Of a DNA stretch of 64,000 nt, positions 56,379 through 64,000 are shown piece after piece (the stretch's first letter is position 1; every line of letters starts with the position of its first letter). Both the position numbers and the translations under genes were made by a program. Origin of the DNA: Desulfobulbus propionicus (GTDB taxonomy: Bacteria; Desulfobacterota; Desulfobulbia; Desulfobulbales; Desulfobulbaceae); assembly GCA_002746685.1 (NCBI GenBank), contig PDQK01000027.1, forward strand, positions 25,204 through 89,203, written 5' to 3'. The notes under the pieces were generated by a model. The model did no database searches. It was not told the DNA's origin and was given only the letters and a program-made list of their open reading frames with translations.

Positions 56379-57629
56379 CTACAGCTCTCGGTATACTGCT
56401 TTTACCTCATCAGCTATGAGCCGGATTCCCTCATGCACAGCAGCTTCATCCTGAGAGTAATTAACCCGAATGCATTCATTGATATGCGGCCAATCCTCTT
56501 TCAGTCCGGGAAAGAAATAATCACCGGAAACCACCAGCACCTTACGTTGTTTCAATCGCTGATACAGTTCCCGTGAGGTTATGGGCAAATCAGGAAACCA
56601 GAACCATAAAAACATGGAACCTTCCGGGACATGCACCTTGTATTTGCACCCTTGAAAGGCCTCTTGAACAACCTCCATAACCTTTTCCATCTTGTGCTGG
56701 TAAAAGGGCCTGATAACCTCCTGACTTAAGCGAAGCATTTGACCTGTTTCAATGAGGTTGGTGGTCAGCATTGCACCAAAGCTGCCAGGTGCGAGATTCA
56801 CCACAGCGTTGATTCCGGCCAGCGCCTGTATATATTGTGCATCAGCAATAATGATTCCGGTGCGTACCGCAGGCAGGCCAAACTTGGAGAGGCTCATGGA
56901 AACGATTATATTCTTTCCCCAGATGGGTGTGGCCTCGGTATAAATCATACCTGGAAAGGGAACCCCGTAAGCAGAGTCGATGAGCAAGGGGATATCGTGT
57001 TCCCGGGCGAGCTGTGCAAGCCTTGTTATCTCATCATCGGTCAGCACATTGCCTGTGGGATTGGTTGGTCTGGAAACGCAGATAGCACCAATATCTTCAG
57101 TGAGAGCAATGCTGGAGAAATCGACCCGATACTTAAACAGGTTTTCCCCAACACATTCAATTTTTGGCTTCACTGAAACAAAAAAATCATCACTGAGCCC
57201 CAGGTCTGCGTAGCCGATATACTCAGGAGCCATGGGAAGCAAAATTTTCTTTGCTCCTTCCCTGCTCGGCCCTGCAAACATATTAAACAACATGAAAAAT
57301 GCTGACTGGGAACCATTGGTCAAACACATATTCTCGACGCCGATCTCCCATCCATATTCCCGGCGCAATAGATCAGCCAGGGCCTGGATAAATCCTTTTT
57401 CACCCTGCGGAGGGTCGTAGATGCCGACAAGTTTTCTGAGTTGCTCGTCATCATCAATGATGGTCTGCAGCTGGGTACGAATGATCTCTTGTATTTGCTG
57501 GATATAACCGGGGTTGCCGCCCCCCATCATAATCATGCCATCTTCTGTCGCGGCAATGCCAAGGTCAGACATCAAGGAGAGAATACCTGCACCGTAGGCA
57601 AATTTTTCACCAAAACTTGAAAGTTTCAT
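56379..57629 (-). CDS. avtA: Valine-pyruvate transaminase
   Basis: MGGGNP, TNGSQSAFF, SRPTNPTGN, SLSKFGLP (PLP Lys); start MKLSSFG after GAGGAG. Confidence 0.92.
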   Translation of the reverse strand: MKLSSFGEKFAYGAGILSLMSDLGIAATEDGMIMMGGGNPGYIQQIQEIIRTQLQTIIDDDEQLRKLVGIYDPPQGEKGFIQALADLLRREYGWEIGVENMCLTNGSQSAFFMLFNMFAGPSREGAKKILLPMAPEYIGYADLGLSDDFFVSVKPKIECVGENLFKYRVDFSSIALTEDIGAICVSRPTNPTGNVLTDDEITRLAQLAREHDIPLLIDSAYGVPFPGMIYTEATPIWGKNIIVSMSLSKFGLPAVRTGIIIADAQYIQALAGINAVVNLAPGSFGAMLTTNLIETGQMLRLSQEVIRPFYQHKMEKVMEVVQEAFQGCKYKVHVPEGSMFLWFWFPDLPITSRELYQRLKQRKVLVVSGDYFFPGLKEDWPHINECIRVNYSQDEAAVHEGIRLIADEVKAVYREL

Positions 57630-57643
57630 CTTGTCTCCTCTTG

Positions 57644-57844
57644 TTATGGAGTACATTTTTTGGGACGTTCACAAAACATCTGGCAATGCGCCCCGGAACT
57701 GCTCAAGACAACCGCAGATGGAACACCTTGACATTTAAACCCATAGGCCCTGCACCCTCTGGGATGACGCGGCTCATAGGTAACATAAAAATACCTGCAT
57801 TGCATACAGTTGGGTGGTTTGGACGAGGATCTGGCAGAATCCAT
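57644..57844 (-). CDS. Small Cys-rich putative metal-binding protein
   Basis: NCMQCRYFYVTYEPRHPRGCRAYGFK...SSGAHCQMF; fills the gap in the operon. Confidence 0.7.
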   Translation of the reverse strand: MDSARSSSKPPNCMQCRYFYVTYEPRHPRGCRAYGFKCQGVPSAVVLSSSGAHCQMFCERPKKCTP

Positions 57845-57852
57845 TTTCTCAT

Positions 57853-59922
57853 CTACCCTTTGGTAAATTGCGCTTTAGCCAGCTCCACAGCCTCTTTACG
57901 TGCAAAGAGGGTGACAATATCCCCCCTTCTAAAACGGCTGTTTCCTTTAGGAATATGCAGGGAGCCGTGTCGCTCGATGGAAACCACATTCACCGTATCC
58001 GCAAGGCCCAGATCTTTTAATTGCACCCCCACGGCCTTGTCATCCTTATGAAGCCGCACCTCAACAAAAACATTTTTCTCTTCACGACGCAGCCTGGTGC
58101 TCTCGCCCAACAGCTGTTCCCGCTGCTTGCGCACGATGCCCACATCATAGGCACGGAGAATATTGGAACGGCTGATTAACCCAATCAGGGTTGTATCGCT
58201 GCTTCTGCTGACCACCGGCAGTCTGGCTAAATCCCGGGGAGCCATCTTCTGGATAGCAGTCCAGATAGGTTCATCAGGGTATACGGTCACCGGATCAACC
58301 ACAGCCACATCACCAACTTTGAGTTCACGCAGAGGTTCATCACCTGTGGTAAGTGCTCTCTCCAGATCCTGCAGGGTAACAATCCCGTACAGCAGGCCCT
58401 GTTCATCCACCACTGGAAATCCCAGGAAGTTGGTTTCCTGAAAGAGCTGATACAACCTTGCCAGGGGAGCAGTTTTTTCGACCACCACCGGCTCTGCGTT
58501 CATTACCTCACGCACCATCACGCCCTGCATGATATCCATATCCCGCCCCTGGACAAATCGGATACCACGGCGGGTAAGCTTGGTGGTGTACATGGACTCA
58601 CTGAACAACGCCTGGGAAAGATATGATGCCGACACAGCGGCAATCATAAGGGGTAAGATAAGCCCATAATCGTTACTCATCTCGAACACAATCAGAATAG
58701 CGGTCAATGGAGCATGGGCACAGGCAGCAAAAACTGCAGCCATCCCCACCAGGGCGTATGCTCCTGTGGGGCCAGAAAAGTCCGGCAACAAGGCCGCAAA
58801 CAGGGCTCCCAGCGCTCCACCCAGCATGGCACCAGTAAAAAGAGAGGGTGCAAACACCCCACCGGAATTCCCGGATCCCAGAGTACAGGAGGTTGCAATG
58901 GGTTTGAGCAAAACCAGCAGCAAGCAGGGCCATAAGGCCGTATCCCCCTGCAGTGCCCGCTCTATAAACTCAAAACCAGAGCCGTACATATGAGGCTTGT
59001 GTTCAGCAAGCTCACCAGGGAGCATGTCAAGCAGCGCTGCAGGGGAAGTACCGCTAAAATACACATACCCCATCCCCATCAGCCCGAGCAAGACCGCTCC
59101 AACCGCTGGTTTCAGGGCCAAGGGAAACATCCAGCCATCGAAAAGCCGTTCAAACAGATCCAGTATCCGAATAAAAAAAATCCCCACAAAGGCAGCCACC
59201 ACCCCCAGCACCAGATACAAAACAATCTCCCAGGATGAGGACATGGAATACGCAGGCACCAGAAAGGCGGCCTTATCCCCTAAAAATATCTGGCTGACAA
59301 TGGAAGAGGACACCGCTGCGATGACCACGTTACCAAACATCTTGACCTGCAGCTCGCTCATGAGCACTTCAATGGCAAAGGCAACACCAGCAATGGGCGC
59401 GTTAAAAGTGGCAGCAATGCCTGCTGCAGCTCCGCAGGCTACCAGATTTTTAATCCTCTCATCGGAGAGGTGGAGCACCTGCCCGGTGGCCGAACCAAAG
59501 GCTGAACCCACTTGAACAATGGGCCCTTCCCGCCCGGCCGATCCACCGGAACCAATACAGAGTGCCGAGGCCATAATCTTTGCCAATGCCACCCGTCCAC
59601 GTATCCTCCCGCCCCGCAGGATAAGCGCCTGCATAACCTCAGGGACTCCATGCCCCTTGGCTTCCCGGGCAAACCAGGCTATCAATGGCCCAGCCAGCAA
59701 TGCGCCTGTAACCGGGACTACCAGATAACTCCAGATACCTATAAACGGGATAAGAGTGCAAAAAACCGTATAAAGGATACCTTGGGTGAAGGCAATGAGC
59801 TTGATGAACAATACAGCGCCAAGACCAGTGATCCCTCCAACCAGAATTGCCAGCAAAATGAGCAGCAGTCCCTGGGGCGGGGAAAACCTGTCAAGCAGCA
59901 GACCAAGGGGATTTCTATTCAA
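57853..59922 (-). CDS. ClC-family chloride channel/transporter with CBS pair and TrkA-C-like domain
   Basis: GHGVPE, GREGP, FNAPIAG, GGVFAP, CBS repeats, IPKGNSRFRRGDIV. Confidence 0.92.
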   Translation of the reverse strand: MNRNPLGLLLDRFSPPQGLLLILLAILVGGITGLGAVLFIKLIAFTQGILYTVFCTLIPFIGIWSYLVVPVTGALLAGPLIAWFAREAKGHGVPEVMQALILRGGRIRGRVALAKIMASALCIGSGGSAGREGPIVQVGSAFGSATGQVLHLSDERIKNLVACGAAAGIAATFNAPIAGVAFAIEVLMSELQVKMFGNVVIAAVSSSIVSQIFLGDKAAFLVPAYSMSSSWEIVLYLVLGVVAAFVGIFFIRILDLFERLFDGWMFPLALKPAVGAVLLGLMGMGYVYFSGTSPAALLDMLPGELAEHKPHMYGSGFEFIERALQGDTALWPCLLLVLLKPIATSCTLGSGNSGGVFAPSLFTGAMLGGALGALFAALLPDFSGPTGAYALVGMAAVFAACAHAPLTAILIVFEMSNDYGLILPLMIAAVSASYLSQALFSESMYTTKLTRRGIRFVQGRDMDIMQGVMVREVMNAEPVVVEKTAPLARLYQLFQETNFLGFPVVDEQGLLYGIVTLQDLERALTTGDEPLRELKVGDVAVVDPVTVYPDEPIWTAIQKMAPRDLARLPVVSRSSDTTLIGLISRSNILRAYDVGIVRKQREQLLGESTRLRREEKNVFVEVRLHKDDKAVGVQLKDLGLADTVNVVSIERHGSLHIPKGNSRFRRGDIVTLFARKEAVELAKAQFTKG

Positions 59923-60437
59923 GCACTCCCCCTATGAACCATTTGATTGACGTTTTTGGGAAAATCAAAACAGGCGAGCTTGCCTGTACCTGGGCCAAGC
60001 TCTTTCCACTCTCTGATGTCAACATCCAGCGTAACAATCCCGCAGGTGGGTACGTTATCTATCGCCAAATCACCCAGTGTATTGGCAAGCATGGTAAAAA
60101 CCGGGTTATGGCCAAAAATCAGAACCGTCTCCATGGAACCATCAAGGACACGGAGCAGTGCAATTACCTGGAAAACAGAACCACCGTAAAGCGGTTCTAC
60201 CACCTGGATATGGCTGGTGGGAAAACCAATCTCACCAGCGATGATTGTAGCCGTTGTTCTCGCCCGTTGAGCTGGTGAGGTGAGAATCGTATCTGCCTTA
60301 ATACCTTGTGCGTGGAGCCGTTTCCCCATCTCCGGGGCATCGCGCTTGCCCCGTTTGTTGAGCGGGCGATCCTTGTCAGAGAGCCCCTGGTCGTTCCAGC
60401 TGGACTTTGCATGCCTGCAGATTACAAGCCGCTTCAT
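59919..60437 (-). CDS. SixA-like histidine phosphatase
   Basis: RHAKS, DRPLN.RG, SPAQRA, FGHNP. Confidence 0.9.
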   Translation of the reverse strand: MKRLVICRHAKSSWNDQGLSDKDRPLNKRGKRDAPEMGKRLHAQGIKADTILTSPAQRARTTATIIAGEIGFPTSHIQVVEPLYGGSVFQVIALLRVLDGSMETVLIFGHNPVFTMLANTLGDLAIDNVPTCGIVTLDVDIREWKELGPGTGKLACFDFPKNVNQMVHRGSA

Positions 60438-61180
60438 GGTCTATCCACCTCCTGACAGATCTCTTGCCACAGCTCACTGTAGGCCTGGGCAGCACGGGAT
60501 CGGGGTAAGGCTGCGGTAACGGGTTGACGGTAAAGCCCCATACGCTCAATATCAGCAAGATAGGGGATAGGGGTTTTCAGCACGCTCTTTTTCTTGCCCA
60601 TTGCTCTCATAAGCTCCAGGTGCATCTTCTTCCGTTGCTCTACCATGGAAAACAACACCAGCGCCTTCCGGCGCTTCTCACCTATCTTTTCCATAAACCT
60701 AAACAACTGTTTCAGCGACATTAAAGAGAGCGTAGTGGGGATAATGGGCACCAAAATGCGATCGGCTGCGTAAAAAATATTTTCTGCAAGCAAGGTCACA
60801 TTGGGAGGGCAATCCAGAATTATCCGGTCATATTCCCCCAGCAGTGGCCTGAGTACATTGTCCAGCCGGACAGTGGATTGTTTCAACTCATCCAGGGCAA
60901 TATCGATGTTGCGGTAGGAGAAATCAGCTGGGAGCAGGTCCAGGTCAGGAAAATCCGTCCCCCTGATATTTTTCTCCACATGCTCCCCACCTTTGAGCAA
61001 TTTTTTCGTGTTGAATTTTTTAGGCGACCGAATACGGAAATAGTAGGATGCTGAACCTTGAGGGTCCAGATCACAGAGGAGCGTTTTTGCCCCCTGACTT
61101 GCTGAGAGGTAGGCTAAATTCACTGCGGTGGCGGTTTTTCCGACCCCACCCTTAATGTTATATACGGCTAGAATACTCAT
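60434..61180 (-). CDS. Orphan ParA/Soj-family ATPase
   Basis: KGGVGKT, DLDPQG, ILDCPP; no parB nearby; alternative GTG start at 61186. Confidence 0.92.
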   Translation of the reverse strand: MSILAVYNIKGGVGKTATAVNLAYLSASQGAKTLLCDLDPQGSASYYFRIRSPKKFNTKKLLKGGEHVEKNIRGTDFPDLDLLPADFSYRNIDIALDELKQSTVRLDNVLRPLLGEYDRIILDCPPNVTLLAENIFYAADRILVPIIPTTLSLMSLKQLFRFMEKIGEKRRKALVLFSMVEQRKKMHLELMRAMGKKKSVLKTPIPYLADIERMGLYRQPVTAALPRSRAAQAYSELWQEICQEVDRP

Positions 61181-61191
61181 TCCCACTCTCC

Positions 61192-62730
61192 TTACGAGGC
61201 AAAAAGCTGTTCAAACAGCTCAGTATGAGCAGCGCCACTGAACTTACTGAAAATAGCTTCAAAGTCGTCACGGGCCTTGACCTGCTGCTGATGCAGGTTG
61301 CCCATCAGTCCACCAAGGGCAGCGGTAAGCTCAAGGTTTTTCCTCGAGCCTGGCCGGGTTTCACCGATATATTTTTTGAGCATTTCCTGCTGCACTGAGA
61401 GGTCATTAAAATCACCCAAATAGTTTTGCAGTCGCTTGAGTCGTTTAATGGCGGTCTCAATGTCCTGTTGTGGAAACAGGGAGCTGAAGAATTCAATGGC
61501 ATAACGCAACTTCTTCCCCTGAATGCGAAGGCGATGAATTTCCTTGTCAGATGTGTGCTTAGTGATGGCAAGGCCGTCATTGAGCACTCTTGTATACCGT
61601 TTAAAAATAATTTTTTGCGCAATATCGATCACAGGCAGCTCTGCAAACTTGCCACGGGGTTCACCCGGCTCTTTAAGATACGCACCCCAAGAGGATAAAA
61701 TTTCTTCCACCCTGGCCCCTTTGAGTTCCCGCACCAAAGCTTTTTGTTCCTGAATCCGGGTTGCAGCAAGATTTTCAAAAAAGGTATGCAGTCCCGCCTG
61801 CAGCGATGGGGGCAAGCGCTTCTTATACTCATCCTCATAGAGCAGGTAGACATCCATATCTCTGGCTGGGCCGGTGATTTTGCCCAGGTAGGCAAAATCA
61901 GCCTTGTATTTCTCCACCACGTCTTCAGGCAGGACATTTTTTATCAAAGACAGTCCGGAACGGGTCCGTCTGATGGCTACCCGCAGATCGTGGAGGAACT
62001 CAGAGTCCAGATCCGCGATGGTACCGGGAATATTGGTGTATATGGTATCCAGCAGTTGTTTATAAATGGTCTGTATTGCTGAAAAGGTGGTCTGATCGGG
62101 ATCCAGCTCAAGGATGAACCTGGAAGTATACGCACCCGGAACCCTTCCACTGGTCAGGCTCCCTTGCTCAAGCACAAATCTGCCGGGGGTAACAGCAGCC
62201 GGGGTACATTTTTTAAACACCTTCCTGGCCTGGTTAAGCTCCTCAACATAACCGCGAACAGGTTCAAGCCGGGCAATCCGAAGGAGCTGGTCGTTTTCTT
62301 TGACTGCAAACTGCTCAACAACCAGTCGAACCACGGTTTTTTCATCCCTGTTGAGTAAGCGAAAGGTCTGGGATGCCACTGTGGCTTGAGCAACAGCAGA
62401 AAGACTGCGAATGGCTAAAAGAGGAGCAAGGGTATCTTGGAGCACACCTGCCCCAAAGTCTTTGGCAAACAGGCCTTGGGTGGGCTTTGGTCCGTGGTCT
62501 GCACAAAGGGTTTTTCCTGACTCGATTGCAGATACAATCCAGCGCGTCCCACTACAGGTCAAGACAAGTCCTGCTTTAAACAGTCGCCAATCAAATGAAT
62601 CACAGTATGTCAACTGTTTGGTAACAGGGGCATCAGCGGCCAGGGTAAACTTCTTCTCCAGCCTCAGCACCAGCTCATCAAGTGCCACCTCTGCCGGAAG
62701 CAGCCAGCAATCCCTCCATTCCTGTGCCAT
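61192..62730 (-). CDS. CHAD-domain (polyphosphate-binding) protein with degenerate CYTH-like N-terminus
   Basis: FLHDLRVAIRRTRS, IHRLRIQGKKLRY, LQNYLGDFND; N-terminal YCDSFDWRL. Confidence 0.88.
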   Translation of the reverse strand: MAQEWRDCWLLPAEVALDELVLRLEKKFTLAADAPVTKQLTYCDSFDWRLFKAGLVLTCSGTRWIVSAIESGKTLCADHGPKPTQGLFAKDFGAGVLQDTLAPLLAIRSLSAVAQATVASQTFRLLNRDEKTVVRLVVEQFAVKENDQLLRIARLEPVRGYVEELNQARKVFKKCTPAAVTPGRFVLEQGSLTSGRVPGAYTSRFILELDPDQTTFSAIQTIYKQLLDTIYTNIPGTIADLDSEFLHDLRVAIRRTRSGLSLIKNVLPEDVVEKYKADFAYLGKITGPARDMDVYLLYEDEYKKRLPPSLQAGLHTFFENLAATRIQEQKALVRELKGARVEEILSSWGAYLKEPGEPRGKFAELPVIDIAQKIIFKRYTRVLNDGLAITKHTSDKEIHRLRIQGKKLRYAIEFFSSLFPQQDIETAIKRLKRLQNYLGDFNDLSVQQEMLKKYIGETRPGSRKNLELTAALGGLMGNLHQQQVKARDDFEAIFSKFSGAAHTELFEQLFAS

Positions 62731-62741
62731 AAAATGTGCTC

Positions 62742-63926
62742 CTAACTTCGATAATCTGCGTTTATTTTTACATAGTCGTAAGAAAAATCGCAGGTATACA
62801 CCTCTGTGGACTCCATCCCTTCATGCAGATCAACAATCACTGTAAATGTCTTTTGCTGCAGTACCTTGCTGGCCCGTTGCTCGGCATCGCCGCCCACCAC
62901 CTGTCCTTTTTCAACCAGCACCGCATCATCAAAGGCAATGGAGACCTTTTCAGGGTCAAACACACAATCAGAGCGGCCAAGTGCAGCGATAATTCTCCCC
63001 CAGTTGGCATCTTCTCCGAAAAAAGCAGTCTTAACCAGGGCTGAATTGGCAATGGTCTGAGCAGCACTCATGGCACCATCCTGATCCCGGGCACCATCAA
63101 TGCGCACAGTGACCACCTTGGTGGCACCTTCCCCGTCTTCCACAATCTTCAGCGCCAGCTCATGGAGCACCTTGTGCAATGCTTCCTCAAACGCCTGGGC
63201 TGCTTCTGGGTTGTCCTCGTCAATCCAAGGGTTTCCGGCAGCTCCGTTGGCCATTACCAGCACCATGTCATTGGTTGAGGTATCGCCATCCACGGTGATG
63301 CGGTTAAAACTCTTGTCCACCCCGCTGCGAACCATTTCGTTAAGCACCGGGAAAACAATCTGGGCATCGGTCATCACAAAACACAGCATGGTCGCCATGT
63401 CTGGCATAATCATCCCGGAACCTTTGGCCAGCCCAAGAATTGAGACGGTTTGACCGTCCAGCTCAACCGTTGCCTGGGCTGTTTTGGGAAAGGTATCAGT
63501 GGTCATCATGGCCTGGGCCACATCATCAAAACCTTCCTCGTCAAGCCCCTCCACCAGCTGATCCATAACCTTTTCAAAGGGTGCAATATCCATGGGCAGG
63601 CCAATAACCCCGGTGGAGGCGATCTGTACCAGATCTTCTTCGATACCAAGGTGCTGTGCAACCAGAGAACTACATGCCAGCGCTGTTTCCATACCAGGTT
63701 CACCGGTACAGGCGTTGGCATTACCGCTGTTCACCAGCACCGCCTGCACCTGCCCGCCGCGCAATCGTTCCATATCAATAAGCACTGGCGCTGCTTTCAC
63801 CTTATTGGTGGTGAATACCCCGGCCGTGACCGCTGGTACCTGGGAATAGATAAGTCCGAGATCCAACCGCCCTCGGTACTTTATGCCTGCTTCGACAGCT
63901 GCTGCTGTAAACCCTTTAACGTGCAT
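62742..63926 (-). CDS. argJ: Ornithine acetyltransferase / N-acetylglutamate synthase ArgJ
   Basis: VFTTN...AAP, NSGNANA, KGSGMI.P.MATML, DGDTSTND, DGEGATK, NADYRS. Confidence 0.97.
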   Translation of the reverse strand: MHVKGFTAAAVEAGIKYRGRLDLGLIYSQVPAVTAGVFTTNKVKAAPVLIDMERLRGGQVQAVLVNSGNANACTGEPGMETALACSSLVAQHLGIEEDLVQIASTGVIGLPMDIAPFEKVMDQLVEGLDEEGFDDVAQAMMTTDTFPKTAQATVELDGQTVSILGLAKGSGMIMPDMATMLCFVMTDAQIVFPVLNEMVRSGVDKSFNRITVDGDTSTNDMVLVMANGAAGNPWIDEDNPEAAQAFEEALHKVLHELALKIVEDGEGATKVVTVRIDGARDQDGAMSAAQTIANSALVKTAFFGEDANWGRIIAALGRSDCVFDPEKVSIAFDDAVLVEKGQVVGGDAEQRASKVLQQKTFTVIVDLHEGMESTEVYTCDFSYDYVKINADYRS

Positions 63927-64000
63927 GGGAAGCCTATATCAAATAATAGTTTATCAGAATAATAATACGGTGTAATCTACCAGATACCCTGTAAAAAAAA

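Noticed and set aside
60434-61186. ParA as a chromosome or plasmid partition gene, or sign of a mobile element
   Set aside because: No parB, parS-like palindrome, rep, integrase or transposase seen; embedded in a housekeeping operon
1-64000. tRNA, rRNA, CRISPR array, IS element
   Set aside because: Intergenic gaps are short and none shows cloverleaf, repeat-spacer or terminal inverted-repeat/transposase signatures

Overview
Chromosomal segment, about 48% G+C by eye, probably from a sulfate-reducing deltaproteobacterium (Desulfobulbales-like; inferred from gene content). Positions 1-46,100 (+) hold an essentially complete polar-type flagellar supercluster: TPR-flgBC-fliEFGHIJ-motE/ylxF-fliK-flgDE, motAB-fliLMNOPQR, flhBAF-flhG-fliA, flgFGAHIJ, flgMN, flgKL, csrA-fliW, two flagellins, flaG-fliDS, two PilZ genes, and a second FliK-like gene with a FlhB C-terminal-like gene. 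Sigma54 and sigma28 promoters and CsrA-type GGA hairpins are readable. Next come mglB, mglA and an 837-aa acidic repeat protein, a candidate polarity scaffold. Positions 49,984-63,926 (-) form a tightly coupled 13-gene run: argJ, CYTH/CHAD, orphan ParA, SixA-like phosphatase, ClC-CBS, small Cys protein, avtA, DUF4177-like, M20 amidohydrolase, YbdK-type ligase, GGT, yejB, yejE. No rRNA, tRNA, CRISPR or mobile element was seen. The best candidates for undescribed systems are (1) a CHAD-ParA-SixA module that may position polyphosphate granules and (2) MglA plus a tail-less MglB plus a scaffold carrying repeated MglB-tail-like LDxFF helices and a RomR/PopZ-like C-terminus. All calls come from motif recognition only; no searches were run.
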